Source: Planctomycetota bacterium
GTDB taxonomy: Bacteria; Planctomycetota; UBA8108; SXIK01
Assembly (NCBI GenBank): GCA_965223265.1
Contig: OZ244999.1
Location: forward strand, 608,001-672,000
Length of the DNA stretch: 64,000 nt
Direction: 5' to 3'
In this document: piece after piece, positions 9,305 through 18,535 of the stretch
Layout: every line of letters starts with the position of its first letter
How positions within the stretch are numbered: the stretch's first letter is position 1
The notes under the pieces: model-generated
The model's input: only the letters and a program-made list of their open reading frames with translations
Told to the model about the DNA's origin: nothing
The model's database searches: none
Translations under genes and position numbers: made by a program

Positions 9305-10927
9305 TCAGGGTTCAGCCGCGTAGACCTGCCGCTTGGCCAGCGGCAAGTCGTAGCGATAGAACTTGACCTCGCCAGGCGGCGCCGCGGCCAGCCGCGTCAG
9401 TGCCGCATCGACTTGCGCTGCAGGGCGTCCCTGTTCCATCCAGATTGCCGCGAGCTGCGAGCTCGCCGCGCGGTCCCATACCGCCGAGGTCTTTTCAGTC
9501 AGCAGCCGCTGGAACGTGGCCTCAGCAGCTCCCGAATCACCCTCCAGGTGCTCAATCACGCCGAGAGCGAAGAGCGAGTTGTTGCTAGCGCCGTCGCTTG
9601 CGTCGTAATCCGCGACGACGAGATCGGCGAACGCTCGAGCTTCATCGAGTCGCAGCTGACGAAAGAAACCGCCCATGTGGAGGTCGAGGATCGAGCGGCG
9701 GCGCGCTGGTGTGATCGTTGCAACAATCGCCGCGTCGTCGACAAAGCCGCTGTCGACCAGAAAACCTGTGACCCAGAGCGTGCGCCCGTGAATCCGGCCT
9801 GGACCGCCGCGCACCGCGTAGACGAGTCGCATGAGCTTCTTCGCGACGTAGTAGGGACGGTCGCGATTCAGCCGCCAAAAGTCGCTCATGGCTGCGACTG
9901 CGGCGCTCTCGTCAACGCCCTCGAACACTTTGGCCGCGGCGAGATAGTAGGGGATGTTTCGCTTCTCGTTGTAGGCAAAGGCGTCGGTCAGACTGGCGTA
10001 CTTCGGATAGGTGTTCTCCTGCCGCCGGTCGGAGTTGTAGCCGTCGTCTGCGGCGTACACGTTCAAATGGTAGCCGTCGTATGTCGGCGAGGTGTCAGCG
10101 AGCGTGGGGTCTTCCAGCGCAGCGTCCACCGCCGAGAGACGCTCCACCGCGTCGCTGTATTTCCCCGCCGCCAAGTAGCACAGTGCCTCACCGATCTGGC
10201 GGTGATGCGGCAGCCCAGGCGCCTCGGCGAGTTGAGGAACGATCTTCAGGGGCAGTACTTCGCCGCGGCGACGCTTCGGCCACAGACCGTCCAGACGTAA
10301 GATCCGGATGTAGTCCCCCGCGCCAGCGTAGACTCTGCCACTCGCATCGGAGACAGCGCGGTTGAAAAGCTCCGCTGAGAGGCGCTCTGGTTCATTCTCA
10401 CGCAGCGACTCGAAGTAGGCGTCCCAGGGATCGCGCCGATTGTCTGCGGTCCAGCCCTTCTCCGCGCCGTCGCGAAAGAGGGCCTCCGCCTCAGCTGCGC
10501 GGCCGAGTCGGTGCAGCAGCTTGGCGCGAATGTAGAAGGCGTCTTGGTGCGCGGCGCTCCCTTCGCTCTGCGAGGCGAGATAGCTCTCGACGGTTGCCAG
10601 TGCGACGGCGTCGCGCTCGGATTGAACGATGCCTTCGGGAGCTTCCCCAAGAAGATCGCGGCACGCCCGAACAGCGACGTCGTATGCGGGAGAGTCGTTC
10701 AGCACGCGCACGGCGAGGTCGAAGCGCTCGGCATACGGAACCGAGCTGGCCACCGCTGCATATTCAGCAGCCGTAGCTGGCGTCGGCGCACCGGCTTCAG
10801 CAGGCGCGGGATCCTCGGGATTCTCCTGCGAGGAGACCTCCGGCAACGCCTGCCAGACCACGAGGACCGTCACCGCCACGGCGACGACGAAGACCGCTAC
10901 AAAGCCCAAAAGCCGCGAAATAGGCAT
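9305..10927 (-). CDS. Membrane-anchored or secreted TPR-like helical-repeat protein upstream of rhs
   Basis: ATG 10927 with GGAGG RBS; hydrophobic N-terminus LLGFVAVFVVAVAVTVLVVW; TPR-like segments (AFYIRAKLLHRLGRAAEAEALFR; SLFALGVIEHLEGDSGAAEATFQRLL). Confidence 0.7.
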   Translation of the reverse strand: MPISRLLGFVAVFVVAVAVTVLVVWQALPEVSSQENPEDPAPAEAGAPTPATAAEYAAVASSVPYAERFDLAVRVLNDSPAYDVAVRACRDLLGEAPEGIVQSERDAVALATVESYLASQSEGSAAHQDAFYIRAKLLHRLGRAAEAEALFRDGAEKGWTADNRRDPWDAYFESLRENEPERLSAELFNRAVSDASGRVYAGAGDYIRILRLDGLWPKRRRGEVLPLKIVPQLAEAPGLPHHRQIGEALCYLAAGKYSDAVERLSAVDAALEDPTLADTSPTYDGYHLNVYAADDGYNSDRRQENTYPKYASLTDAFAYNEKRNIPYYLAAAKVFEGVDESAAVAAMSDFWRLNRDRPYYVAKKLMRLVYAVRGGPGRIHGRTLWVTGFLVDSGFVDDAAIVATITPARRRSILDLHMGGFFRQLRLDEARAFADLVVADYDASDGASNNSLFALGVIEHLEGDSGAAEATFQRLLTEKTSAVWDRAASSQLAAIWMEQGRPAAQVDAALTRLAAAPPGEVKFYRYDLPLAKRQVYAAEP

Positions 10928-11294
10928 AGAATCCTCCCGCACCTCCGAAGAGGCTCTTTTTTTGAAGCTCCGCGCGGGTGCTTCCTGCGCGGGCCTGAAT
11001 GACTGCCGTGTTTTTTCGCTTTGGCGCAGCCGCTTGTGACTGCTTGTGGCCGCTCATGCGCCTAGCGAGTTACCGCTCGACGAGCGAGCTACGACGTGTT
11101 GTCAGCTACTTTCGAACCGGGCATGTGATCGCCTTTCCCTCTCCCGCCGATGGTTTGGTTTTCCGTGGGTTCCTTGAGACGTCGTTGACGCATGAGTTTC
11201 GGATCGATGCAGATTCTCTTACAGGCGTGAAGTTCCCTGGCATCTCCACCGCGCTCTCGCGCAGAGTCGCTGTTAGCCTGTCAACATCACGCGT

Positions 11295-11599
11295 CTACCT
11301 TACTAAGGTACGTTTTTTTGAATGTGCTAGAAGGTTTTTGTTCTTTTTCGCAGAATTCCAAAGATGGGATAGAGTCCTCCTCGAGTTCTGACATTGAGGC
11401 CTCGATGCGCTCTCAGAAACTTCGAGTCCCTACCTTACTAAGGTACGTTTTTTCGAATGTGCTAGAGGGTTTTCGAACTTTTTTTGAGAACCCCCACGAC
11501 GAAGCTTCAAGCTTCCACTCTCGCCGTCGGTGGAGTCTTCCTTTCCGACCTCGCTTACCTCTAGAAGGTAAGGTTTTTCCGATGTGCTAGAAGGTTTTT
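11295..11599 (-). promoter_or_regulatory. Three ~45-bp direct repeats (promoter- or operator-like) upstream of the TPR-rhs operon
   Basis: Copies at 11295, 11430 and 11555; plus-strand consensus (C/T)TACCT-N4-AAGGTA-N2-T-rich-ATGTGCTAGA(A/G)GGTTTT. AT-rich in a GC-rich background. The regulatory role is inferred. Confidence 0.55.
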
Positions 11600-11848
11600 C
11601 GCACTTTTGTCCGGCTGCGTTGCGAATGTGTGGCCCACGGAGTTCCGCCGGCTCTTGCGTCAGCGGAGCGAATGGCGAAACTTGGCAGCGCGATTGAGCG
11701 AGGTGGCTCGAGTGCACTTCGAGCACATCGACACGGGCGCTGAGCGTGTCGCTGGCGAGGGCGACACGCCACGACTGCAAGGAACTGGCCCGAGAGAGAT
11801 CCGAGCTTCCTCGACGACACCGAGAACGGAGAGCTCCGAACCGAGACT

Positions 11849-12574
11849 CTACGCCCCAGCGCTGATCGGCGCTCCTTGGGTCTCGACTTCCTTGACGCCT
11901 GGGACGTCAGCGAGTGGGCGCAAGATCGCACGGTGCTCACGATGTTTGACGCAAATGCGCACGCTCACCTGTTTGAGCCCGGCGGCGCTGTCATCGAGGT
12001 CCTCGACGAAATGGTCTGGGATGCGGAAGCTGTCGAGGAGGTCCTGCAGGTAGATGCGCGTCTTGCCGCCGCCTGCCTCGTAGCGAATGACCAGGCGCTG
12101 ATAGCCGCACGAGCCGATGGCGATCCAATCGAGCTTGTCGACGACCGTGAGCGTCAAGTAGATCACCAGCGTCAGCGCGACTCCGGCCACCACCAGACCA
12201 CCGCCGATCATCATGCCGACCGCGGCGACAGCCCAGATCGTTGCGCCTGTCGTCAGACCGATGACACTGCCGCGGCCGCGAATGATGGCTCCGGCACCGA
12301 GGAAACCGATTCCTGGGATGATCTGTGCCGCGATGCGCGCCGGGTCCGAAATCGGTTTGTTCGCCATGAAGATCGAGGTCATGGTGAAGATCGTCGAGCC
12401 GACGCAGATGAGGATCAGCGTGCGCAGACCGGCCGGTTTTTCACGGCGTTCCCGGTCGAGACCGACAACTGCGCCGCAGAGCACCGAGGCGGCGACGCAG
12501 ACGAAACCCATGATGGGAAGTGATACGTTCGGCAGCTCGTAGAGGTTCCCCAGCCATGGGAATCGATCGAGCAT
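11849..12574 (-). CDS. MgtC/SapB family membrane protein
   Basis: Motifs ERREKPAGLRT, DPARIAAQIIPGIGFLGAGAII, GLTTGATIWAVAAVG. Confidence 0.92.
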   Translation of the reverse strand: MLDRFPWLGNLYELPNVSLPIMGFVCVAASVLCGAVVGLDRERREKPAGLRTLILICVGSTIFTMTSIFMANKPISDPARIAAQIIPGIGFLGAGAIIRGRGSVIGLTTGATIWAVAAVGMMIGGGLVVAGVALTLVIYLTLTVVDKLDWIAIGSCGYQRLVIRYEAGGGKTRIYLQDLLDSFRIPDHFVEDLDDSAAGLKQVSVRICVKHREHRAILRPLADVPGVKEVETQGAPISAGA

Positions 12575-12664
12575 GTGGGCCGGCTCCTGTCGTCTGGGTG
12601 ATGGATCGAGCGTTTGTTGTGCTGATGCTCTTTCTCTATTGTTCGTCTTCGATGGCCACGGTCT

Positions 12665-13276
12665 TCACTCTCGGTCTCGCTGAGCGGACCCTTGCCTGCG
12701 ATCGGCGGAGATCGTGTTCGTGCGGTCGTCCGTCCACTGTTCCATGGCGTCAAGGAGCTCGGCCGACCCAGGCGCATCTAGAATCAGCCGGCGATTCTCG
12801 GTGGTCACGAATCCCTCTTCGCAAGCATGTTCCAGAAATGTCAGCAGCGGGTCGTAGTAACCATCGATGTTGAGAAGTCCCACCGGCTGACGATGGATCC
12901 CAAGCTGCAGCCAGGTGATCACCTCGAAGAACTCGTCGAGCGTGCCGAAGCCGCCAGGCATGACGACGAAACCATCCGACATCTCAAACATGCGGTGCTT
13001 GCGCTCGTGCATGGTCGCGACGATGTGCACTTTCGTCAGGCGGCGGTGTCCGACCTCGTGTTCCCAAAGCTCCTGTGTGATCACACCGGTGACGCTGCCG
13101 CCGAGCTCGAGGACGGTGTCGGCAAGAACGCCCATGAGACCGATGCTGCCGCCGCCATAGATGAGCGCCGAGCCGCGGTGTCGAATTTCCTTGCCCAGCT
13201 CCGCCGCGGCTTGTGCATAGTTGGGATTCTCGCCGCGGCTGGAGCCGCAGTAGACGCAGATGTTCGTGAGTGGCAT
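12665..13276 (-). CDS. LOG family nucleotide phosphoribohydrolase (TIGR00730-type)
   Basis: ICVYCGSS, YGGGSIGLMG, MHERK, PGGFGTLDE motifs; likely start MPLTNICV at 13276. Confidence 0.93.
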   Translation of the reverse strand: MPLTNICVYCGSSRGENPNYAQAAAELGKEIRHRGSALIYGGGSIGLMGVLADTVLELGGSVTGVITQELWEHEVGHRRLTKVHIVATMHERKHRMFEMSDGFVVMPGGFGTLDEFFEVITWLQLGIHRQPVGLLNIDGYYDPLLTFLEHACEEGFVTTENRRLILDAPGSAELLDAMEQWTDDRTNTISADRRQGSAQRDRE

Positions 13277-13396
13277 GCTGTGTAGATAGAGTTTCGACGA
13301 GGTGGTCAATGTCGCTGCGTTAGCCCTGTCGACGAATTGTCCCAGGCTGCCTGAACGCAAAGGGAATCATGATAACGAACCAGTTCTGCGTCGGCC

Positions 13397-14434
13397 ATGT
13401 ATGAATCATTCGACGCCATCATCGCCGCTCCGCCGCTGGCTCGGCAAGAGGGCAACGCGATCGGCGCGTCACGTGAAGGGCGAGCCGTGCGCGCCTTCGT
13501 CTTTGGCAGCGGGCCTCTACGCGTCAGTTTGATCGGCGGCTGCCACGCCGACGAGCCGACAGGGCCGCGTTTCCTTCGTCACCTCGCGTCTTTTCTTAGT
13601 CGCGGCGGCGACGCTGCACCCCTTCTCGAACGCTGTCAGTGGTGGATTGTGCCACATGCCAACCCCGACGGCGACGAGATCAACCGCGCTTGGTATCGCG
13701 ACGACGACGTTGAGTACGACCTCGTCAGCTATCTCCGCAGCGTCGTTCGGGAGCTGCCCGGCGATGACGTCGAGTTCGGTTTTCCACGCGACGCCAGCGA
13801 CACCGACGCGCGACCCGAAAATCGAGCCATCGCAGCGTGGTGGCGCGGGGGTGCTCCGTTTCATCTGCATGCGTCGCTGCACGGCATGGCGTTCGCAGCC
13901 GGTCCGTGGTTCTTGGTCGAGGCAAAGTGGCGCGGTCGACTCAATGCATTTCAAGCGACCTGCAGTGCCGAGACCGCCGTACTCGGCTATGAGCTCCACG
14001 ACGTTGAGCGTCACGGTGAGAAAGGCTTTCATCGCATCGCGAAGGGTTTCTGCACGCGCCCCGATTCGCGCTCGATGCGTGAACATTTCCTGCAGCTCGG
14101 CGACGAGGAGACCGCGGCTCTCTTTCGACCGAGCTCAATGGAGACCATGCGCGCCCTCGGCGGCGATCCGCTGACGCTCGTCTCCGAGATGCCTCTCTTC
14201 ATCACACCCGGGGTAGGTGTCGAGCTTGGCCCCCCGGATCCGGTCGCCGCGGAATGGAAGAAGAAGCTCGAGGCGTGGCGCGCACAGCTCGCGCGCGAGC
14301 GGCCCGCCGAGCGGATCCGCGCCTGCGCCGCGTCGGGATGCCTGCGAGCCATGCCCGTACGCGATCAGATGCAGCTGCAGTGGCGGATGATCACTGCCGG
14401 AATTGAGACGCTTCTATCGTCGGCGGGAGCGTGA
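13397..14434 (+). CDS. M14-like zinc carboxypeptidase/deacylase
   Basis: GGCHADEPTG (HxxE), VPHANPDG, SLHG zinc-ligand pattern. Confidence 0.8.
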   Translation: MYESFDAIIAAPPLARQEGNAIGASREGRAVRAFVFGSGPLRVSLIGGCHADEPTGPRFLRHLASFLSRGGDAAPLLERCQWWIVPHANPDGDEINRAWYRDDDVEYDLVSYLRSVVRELPGDDVEFGFPRDASDTDARPENRAIAAWWRGGAPFHLHASLHGMAFAAGPWFLVEAKWRGRLNAFQATCSAETAVLGYELHDVERHGEKGFHRIAKGFCTRPDSRSMREHFLQLGDEETAALFRPSSMETMRALGGDPLTLVSEMPLFITPGVGVELGPPDPVAAEWKKKLEAWRAQLARERPAERIRACAASGCLRAMPVRDQMQLQWRMITAGIETLLSSAGA

Positions 14435-14441
14435 GTCAGCG

Positions 14442-17189
14442 TCACTCCATTCGGAGCTGCGATAGAATCGTCGGATCCTTGATGCGCGCGTCGCCCGCGA
14501 GCAGAAGCGCCTTACTCAGGATCTCCGCCAGCTTGCGGTCGCCCTCGAACGGTAGGAAGATCTCTCCCGTCGACGTCCCGCTTTTCGGCGCGCTCATCTT
14601 TGGGATGATGCAAAGGTACTGGTCGTTCGGCTCCATGAGGATGTTCCCTGAGCCGAGGTGGATCTTGTAAGTGCGCACGTCTCCCTTGATCACCAGAAAC
14701 TTCTCCGCGAGCGACGCGCGGTCGGCGATCTTCAGTCGTGGAAGAAGTTTCTCCAAGACTTCGCGCCGCGTTTTGGCTGACGCGCTCAGATCGCCAAACG
14801 AATAGGACATCCAATACTCTTGGTAACGCCCCTCGGTGCCGCCGTCGTACCAGTTTGGGTCGTTGCCAACGCTCGCAACGCCGACGAAGAGATCGACGTC
14901 GCGCATGATCTCAGAGAAGACCAGCGCGGGAACGTCTTCGAGTCGGAGAGGCTCTTCGTCGTCCTCTTCGCTCGCGGGGGTGTAGCCACCGCCGAAGCCA
15001 TGGATTGAACGCTGCTCAGCCGAGGCGGCGTAGAACCTCACCTGATCTGTGGTGAGAAAGAGGTAGGCGCCAGATTCGCTCGTGTCCTCGCCGTAGTTCT
15101 CGCCGATGACCTCGGTCCAGAACTCCGCACGCAATCCCCACTTCTCGAGCGTGCGACGGGTGGGCGGAAACTCGGCGTCGACCATGAGGCGCAGGGAGTC
15201 GCGCCAACCGCGAGCCGCACACAAGGAGTGAAACTGGTACTGCTTGATGACGTGGGCGGCGAAACGGTTCGAATAGATCGCAGTGGCGCGCTCGGCGTCG
15301 GTGAGCACGTAGATCTCGCGATGCGCCTGCTTGAACGGTTGCGTGATCTGATGGCGCTCGAGCCAGTCACGCCACGCGATGACATCCTCGACGCCGGCAG
15401 TGATCGGATGCCACAGCTCGACTTCGACTCGGTTGTCGTGGTCCTTCTGCACGGCACTTTCGCTGACATCGATTCCATCGATTTCTCGATCTGCCGAGTC
15501 GACGACGCGCGTGCCTGAGTCAATCCCGACAAGTTCATGATCCGCCGCGTCGACGAAACAGCCGTTGAGAAAGGCTCCTACGACTGGACGTTCGTCGCGC
15601 CAGAAGCGCCATATGAGCCGCCGCGCTAGCGTGCCGACGACGGGATGGTCGAGGTAACGCTCACGCCATGCCGCTAGAGGCCAGCGCCGCTCATCGAGGA
15701 ACAGCTGCTCCATGCGACCCTGCTGGGCGCTGAGCATACTTCGTAGGTCTTTCGTGGTCGCCCGCAGTTCCTTGAGCTCGTCTGCGAACTCTTCCCGCAC
15801 ACGTTTCGGTACAGACTTCTGCCGTTTCGGCTCGCCGTCCTTACTCTCCGTCAGCCACGTCAGCTGCGTCGTGCTGCTACCTGTGACCGCGAGCTCGGCG
15901 GTGAACGCACCGAGCACCTGGGTCAAGCGGCCGACCTGCTGCAGACCATACGTTGGCACCGCGATTTCTTCGATCTCGTCGGGAGGAATTCCGGTGCGTT
16001 CTGCGGCGGCATCGAGTGACTTCGAGATTCCCTTCTGTGCCGTGCCAAACTTCACCTTGACGCGTAGGCGCGCCAGCTGCGCTACCGCATCCATGCTATT
16101 GATCTGCCCGAGGGCGTAGACGCATGCGTTTCCGAGTTTGACGCAGCGCGGACCGATGCCGGGGATCTTTTTGTAGGCGCTGATTGCGGCGTCTGAGATG
16201 CCGCGCACGACTTCCACACGAGTTTCCGGTGCTACACCGGCGCACCAAACCAGCCCTTTGAGAACATCGACGTTCGGCGAGAGCATGAACTCCGCGGCGG
16301 TCGTTGGCGCTGCGCCGCGCTTCGCGTCGATTTGAGTCAACCACTGCCCGACCTGTGTCGAAAAGTGTTCGATACCGACGGCGACGACAGCTTTGATCGC
16401 AGTTTCTCGCCACTTCTTCGTCGGCTTGCCTCCCGCAGCGGCGCCAGCATGAACCAGAAGAGCCGACCAGTTTGCACGCTCACTGTCGCTGAGTCCGGCG
16501 ACAAGCTCAAGTGCGGCGTCAGCCCAAGGATCTCCAGCGACGAGCGGTAGTCGCACCCCGTGGCCGAGAAGCGTGTCGATTCGTTTGCACAGTTTTCGCA
16601 CTTCCGCGCGCGGCTCAAGTCGTCGAAGTCTCTTGAGGTGGCGATCGAGCAAACGGCGGTGCTTCGGCGTCAGCTCAGAATCCTTGGCGTACTTCTCGCA
16701 CAGCTTCACAATGCTGCTCGGTGGCGTTCCGAGTAGGCAGTACTCTGAGTCGCTCTGCCAGCGCAGGAGGGCCTCGAGGTCCTTGGCTGTCACTTCAAGC
16801 GTTCGCCGCATGACTTCGCGAAAAGCCGCTTCGACTGCGGTGATCAAGCGCCAGTCGGAGAATTCGTACGCTGCGGTTTGTATGCTGCTACCTTCGTCCG
16901 CGTCGGCGAGCATCGCGGATTCCAAATGCAGAAGCCGTCTTGTGAGCGCGATCGCGACGCGCACACGTTCGGCGTCGCGCGTGGCGAGTAGCTTTTTGCC
17001 AGCGCGTGTCGCCCGGACGTTCAGATCCTGATAAGGGGGCGCACTCACCGCCTCTTCGAGGAACTCGCTGATGACGGTATGCTCAGCGACGAACGCATCG
17101 TCCTTTTCGAGTGGAAACTCGTCCGGTCCCACCTTGACGATCTTAGCGCGTTTGAGCTCGCGGCGAAGTTTGTCGACGAAATCGTCCAT
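14442..17189 (-). CDS. DUF4132 domain-containing protein (915 aa)
   Basis: Characteristic C-terminal motifs YLDHPVVGTLARRLIW, LWHP, QPFKQAHREIY, VFSEIMRDVDLFVGV, YKIHLGSGNILMEPNDQYLCI. Confidence 0.88.
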   Translation of the reverse strand: MDDFVDKLRRELKRAKIVKVGPDEFPLEKDDAFVAEHTVISEFLEEAVSAPPYQDLNVRATRAGKKLLATRDAERVRVAIALTRRLLHLESAMLADADEGSSIQTAAYEFSDWRLITAVEAAFREVMRRTLEVTAKDLEALLRWQSDSEYCLLGTPPSSIVKLCEKYAKDSELTPKHRRLLDRHLKRLRRLEPRAEVRKLCKRIDTLLGHGVRLPLVAGDPWADAALELVAGLSDSERANWSALLVHAGAAAGGKPTKKWRETAIKAVVAVGIEHFSTQVGQWLTQIDAKRGAAPTTAAEFMLSPNVDVLKGLVWCAGVAPETRVEVVRGISDAAISAYKKIPGIGPRCVKLGNACVYALGQINSMDAVAQLARLRVKVKFGTAQKGISKSLDAAAERTGIPPDEIEEIAVPTYGLQQVGRLTQVLGAFTAELAVTGSSTTQLTWLTESKDGEPKRQKSVPKRVREEFADELKELRATTKDLRSMLSAQQGRMEQLFLDERRWPLAAWRERYLDHPVVGTLARRLIWRFWRDERPVVGAFLNGCFVDAADHELVGIDSGTRVVDSADREIDGIDVSESAVQKDHDNRVEVELWHPITAGVEDVIAWRDWLERHQITQPFKQAHREIYVLTDAERATAIYSNRFAAHVIKQYQFHSLCAARGWRDSLRLMVDAEFPPTRRTLEKWGLRAEFWTEVIGENYGEDTSESGAYLFLTTDQVRFYAASAEQRSIHGFGGGYTPASEEDDEEPLRLEDVPALVFSEIMRDVDLFVGVASVGNDPNWYDGGTEGRYQEYWMSYSFGDLSASAKTRREVLEKLLPRLKIADRASLAEKFLVIKGDVRTYKIHLGSGNILMEPNDQYLCIIPKMSAPKSGTSTGEIFLPFEGDRKLAEILSKALLLAGDARIKDPTILSQLRME

Positions 17190-17219
17190 GAATCGTTCCG
17201 CCCTCGCTCACCAATTGCT

Positions 17220-17615
17220 TTAGCCGCCAACGAGTGGCACCAGACGCAGAAAGGTCACTTCGGTCTGTGGCGTGACGACGAACTCCTCGTCGAGCGACTC
17301 GGCCTGTCGATCCCCGACGAGCACGATCACTCCATTCCCCTCGAACGCCGCGAGTGCCTTCTCGAACTGTTTCTCCCAGTCGAGTTGTCGCGGTTTCTTG
17401 AGACGGTAGCCGTTGAGTTCCTTCTCTGCACCTTCCGGCTGCACGAGGCCGCGAAAGGTGTGCGAGCGTTTCGCGTTGTAGTCCTTCACTTCCTGGTAGA
17501 CACGCGAGCGGATCAGTTCGCGCACTGTGACCTCTTCGGTCAGCAGCTCGAGCATCCACTCCCCAAGACTCTGACCGCTGGTGGTCTCGTCTTTGATGGT
17601 GATCTTGACTGCCAT
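17220..17615 (-). CDS. Small protein ending in Gly-Gly, probable ubiquitin/ThiS/MoaD-like (131 aa)
   Basis: GAGGAG RBS 9 nt before ATG 17615; ends ...LDEEFVVTPQTEVTFLRLVPLVGG-stop; 30 nt upstream of the DUF4132 gene. Confidence 0.75.
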   Translation of the reverse strand: MAVKITIKDETTSGQSLGEWMLELLTEEVTVRELIRSRVYQEVKDYNAKRSHTFRGLVQPEGAEKELNGYRLKKPRQLDWEKQFEKALAAFEGNGVIVLVGDRQAESLDEEFVVTPQTEVTFLRLVPLVGG

Positions 17616-17911
17616 GCCATGCATCTCCTCTTGTCCATCCGGTGCCGTGGTCGGTGGTCGCCGAGCTTGACGTTGATCGCGTTCCGCCGTGACGTCTATA
17701 TCGTCAATGCGGTCTCCAGCGCCCCACATTTCTTCACTTCTTAGGGCTCGCTCGTCACGTGTCATCGTACTGTGCGGCTCAGTGGCCAGCAACGACAATG
17801 TGAACGTCTCGACGCGTTCCGGTCCTGACCGCGCTTGCGAATCGTTCGCTCCCGTGCGAGGCTCTTCTGTCGACGGCAGTCAGCCTCGCAGGCATGCGCG
17901 GGAGTTCGAAG

Positions 17912-18535
17912 ATGGACGAGCCTCAAGTCAGACAGCCGACCTACTGGCAACGCACGGATCACATCGTCGGTCCCGCCCATGCGGCGGAGTTCGATCGCAT
18001 CGGACAGCAGGCGACGCGTGCCGCATTCGAGGATTTTATTCTCGAAGCATCTCAGTGCGAAACCGCCCTTCTTGACGCGGGATGCAATACGGGCGTGGAA
18101 GGTTTTCGGCTCTTTCAACGCGGTTTTGTCGGCAGGTACATCGGTGTCGACAGCAACCGCAAGGCGCTCGAGATCGCGCGAACGAACCTAGCCGGCGAGC
18201 GCGCCCAGTTTCTTCTGAGCGACTTGGCGCGACTTGCGCTCGCGCCGCGAGCGTTCGACGTCGTCCTCGTCAAGGACGTGATCGAGCACACCCTCGACTA
18301 CGCCGCGATCCTGACCGAGCTCGCACGCGTCAGCCGCCGCTGGGTTGTTCTGTCGATGTTCATTCGTCCGCGCGCCCGTCGCACCGCCATCAAGCGACAC
18401 CGCGACGGCTACTACTTGAATCGTTACCGCCGCAGCGATCTGCTGGAGGTCATGGACGCGGCCGGATTTCCGGTTTCGCGCTCGCTGTTCGTTCGCAAGG
18501 ACGACGAAGTCTTCGTATTTGAGAGGAATGACTGA
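17912..18535 (+). CDS. Class I SAM-dependent methyltransferase
   Basis: LLDAGCNTG motif I, YIGVD, FDVVLVKDVIEH; GGAG RBS before ATG 17912. Confidence 0.85.
   Translation: MDEPQVRQPTYWQRTDHIVGPAHAAEFDRIGQQATRAAFEDFILEASQCETALLDAGCNTGVEGFRLFQRGFVGRYIGVDSNRKALEIARTNLAGERAQFLLSDLARLALAPRAFDVVLVKDVIEHTLDYAAILTELARVSRRWVVLSMFIRPRARRTAIKRHRDGYYLNRYRRSDLLEVMDAAGFPVSRSLFVRKDDEVFVFERND

Noticed and set aside
509-10300. Long plus-strand ORFs (509..1351, 1538..2290, 3089..4684, 7661..8785, 9068..10300)
   Set aside because: Antisense shadows of the rhs/TPR genes, typical of high-GC DNA; no recognisable motifs.
2084-10927. T6SS effector locus
   Set aside because: No PAAR, VgrG, Hcp or EagR motifs visible; a signal peptide is present instead.
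11295-11599. CRISPR array or dif/Xer site
   Set aside because: Spacers of ~80-90 bp are too long, the third copy is diverged, and there is no match to the dif consensus.
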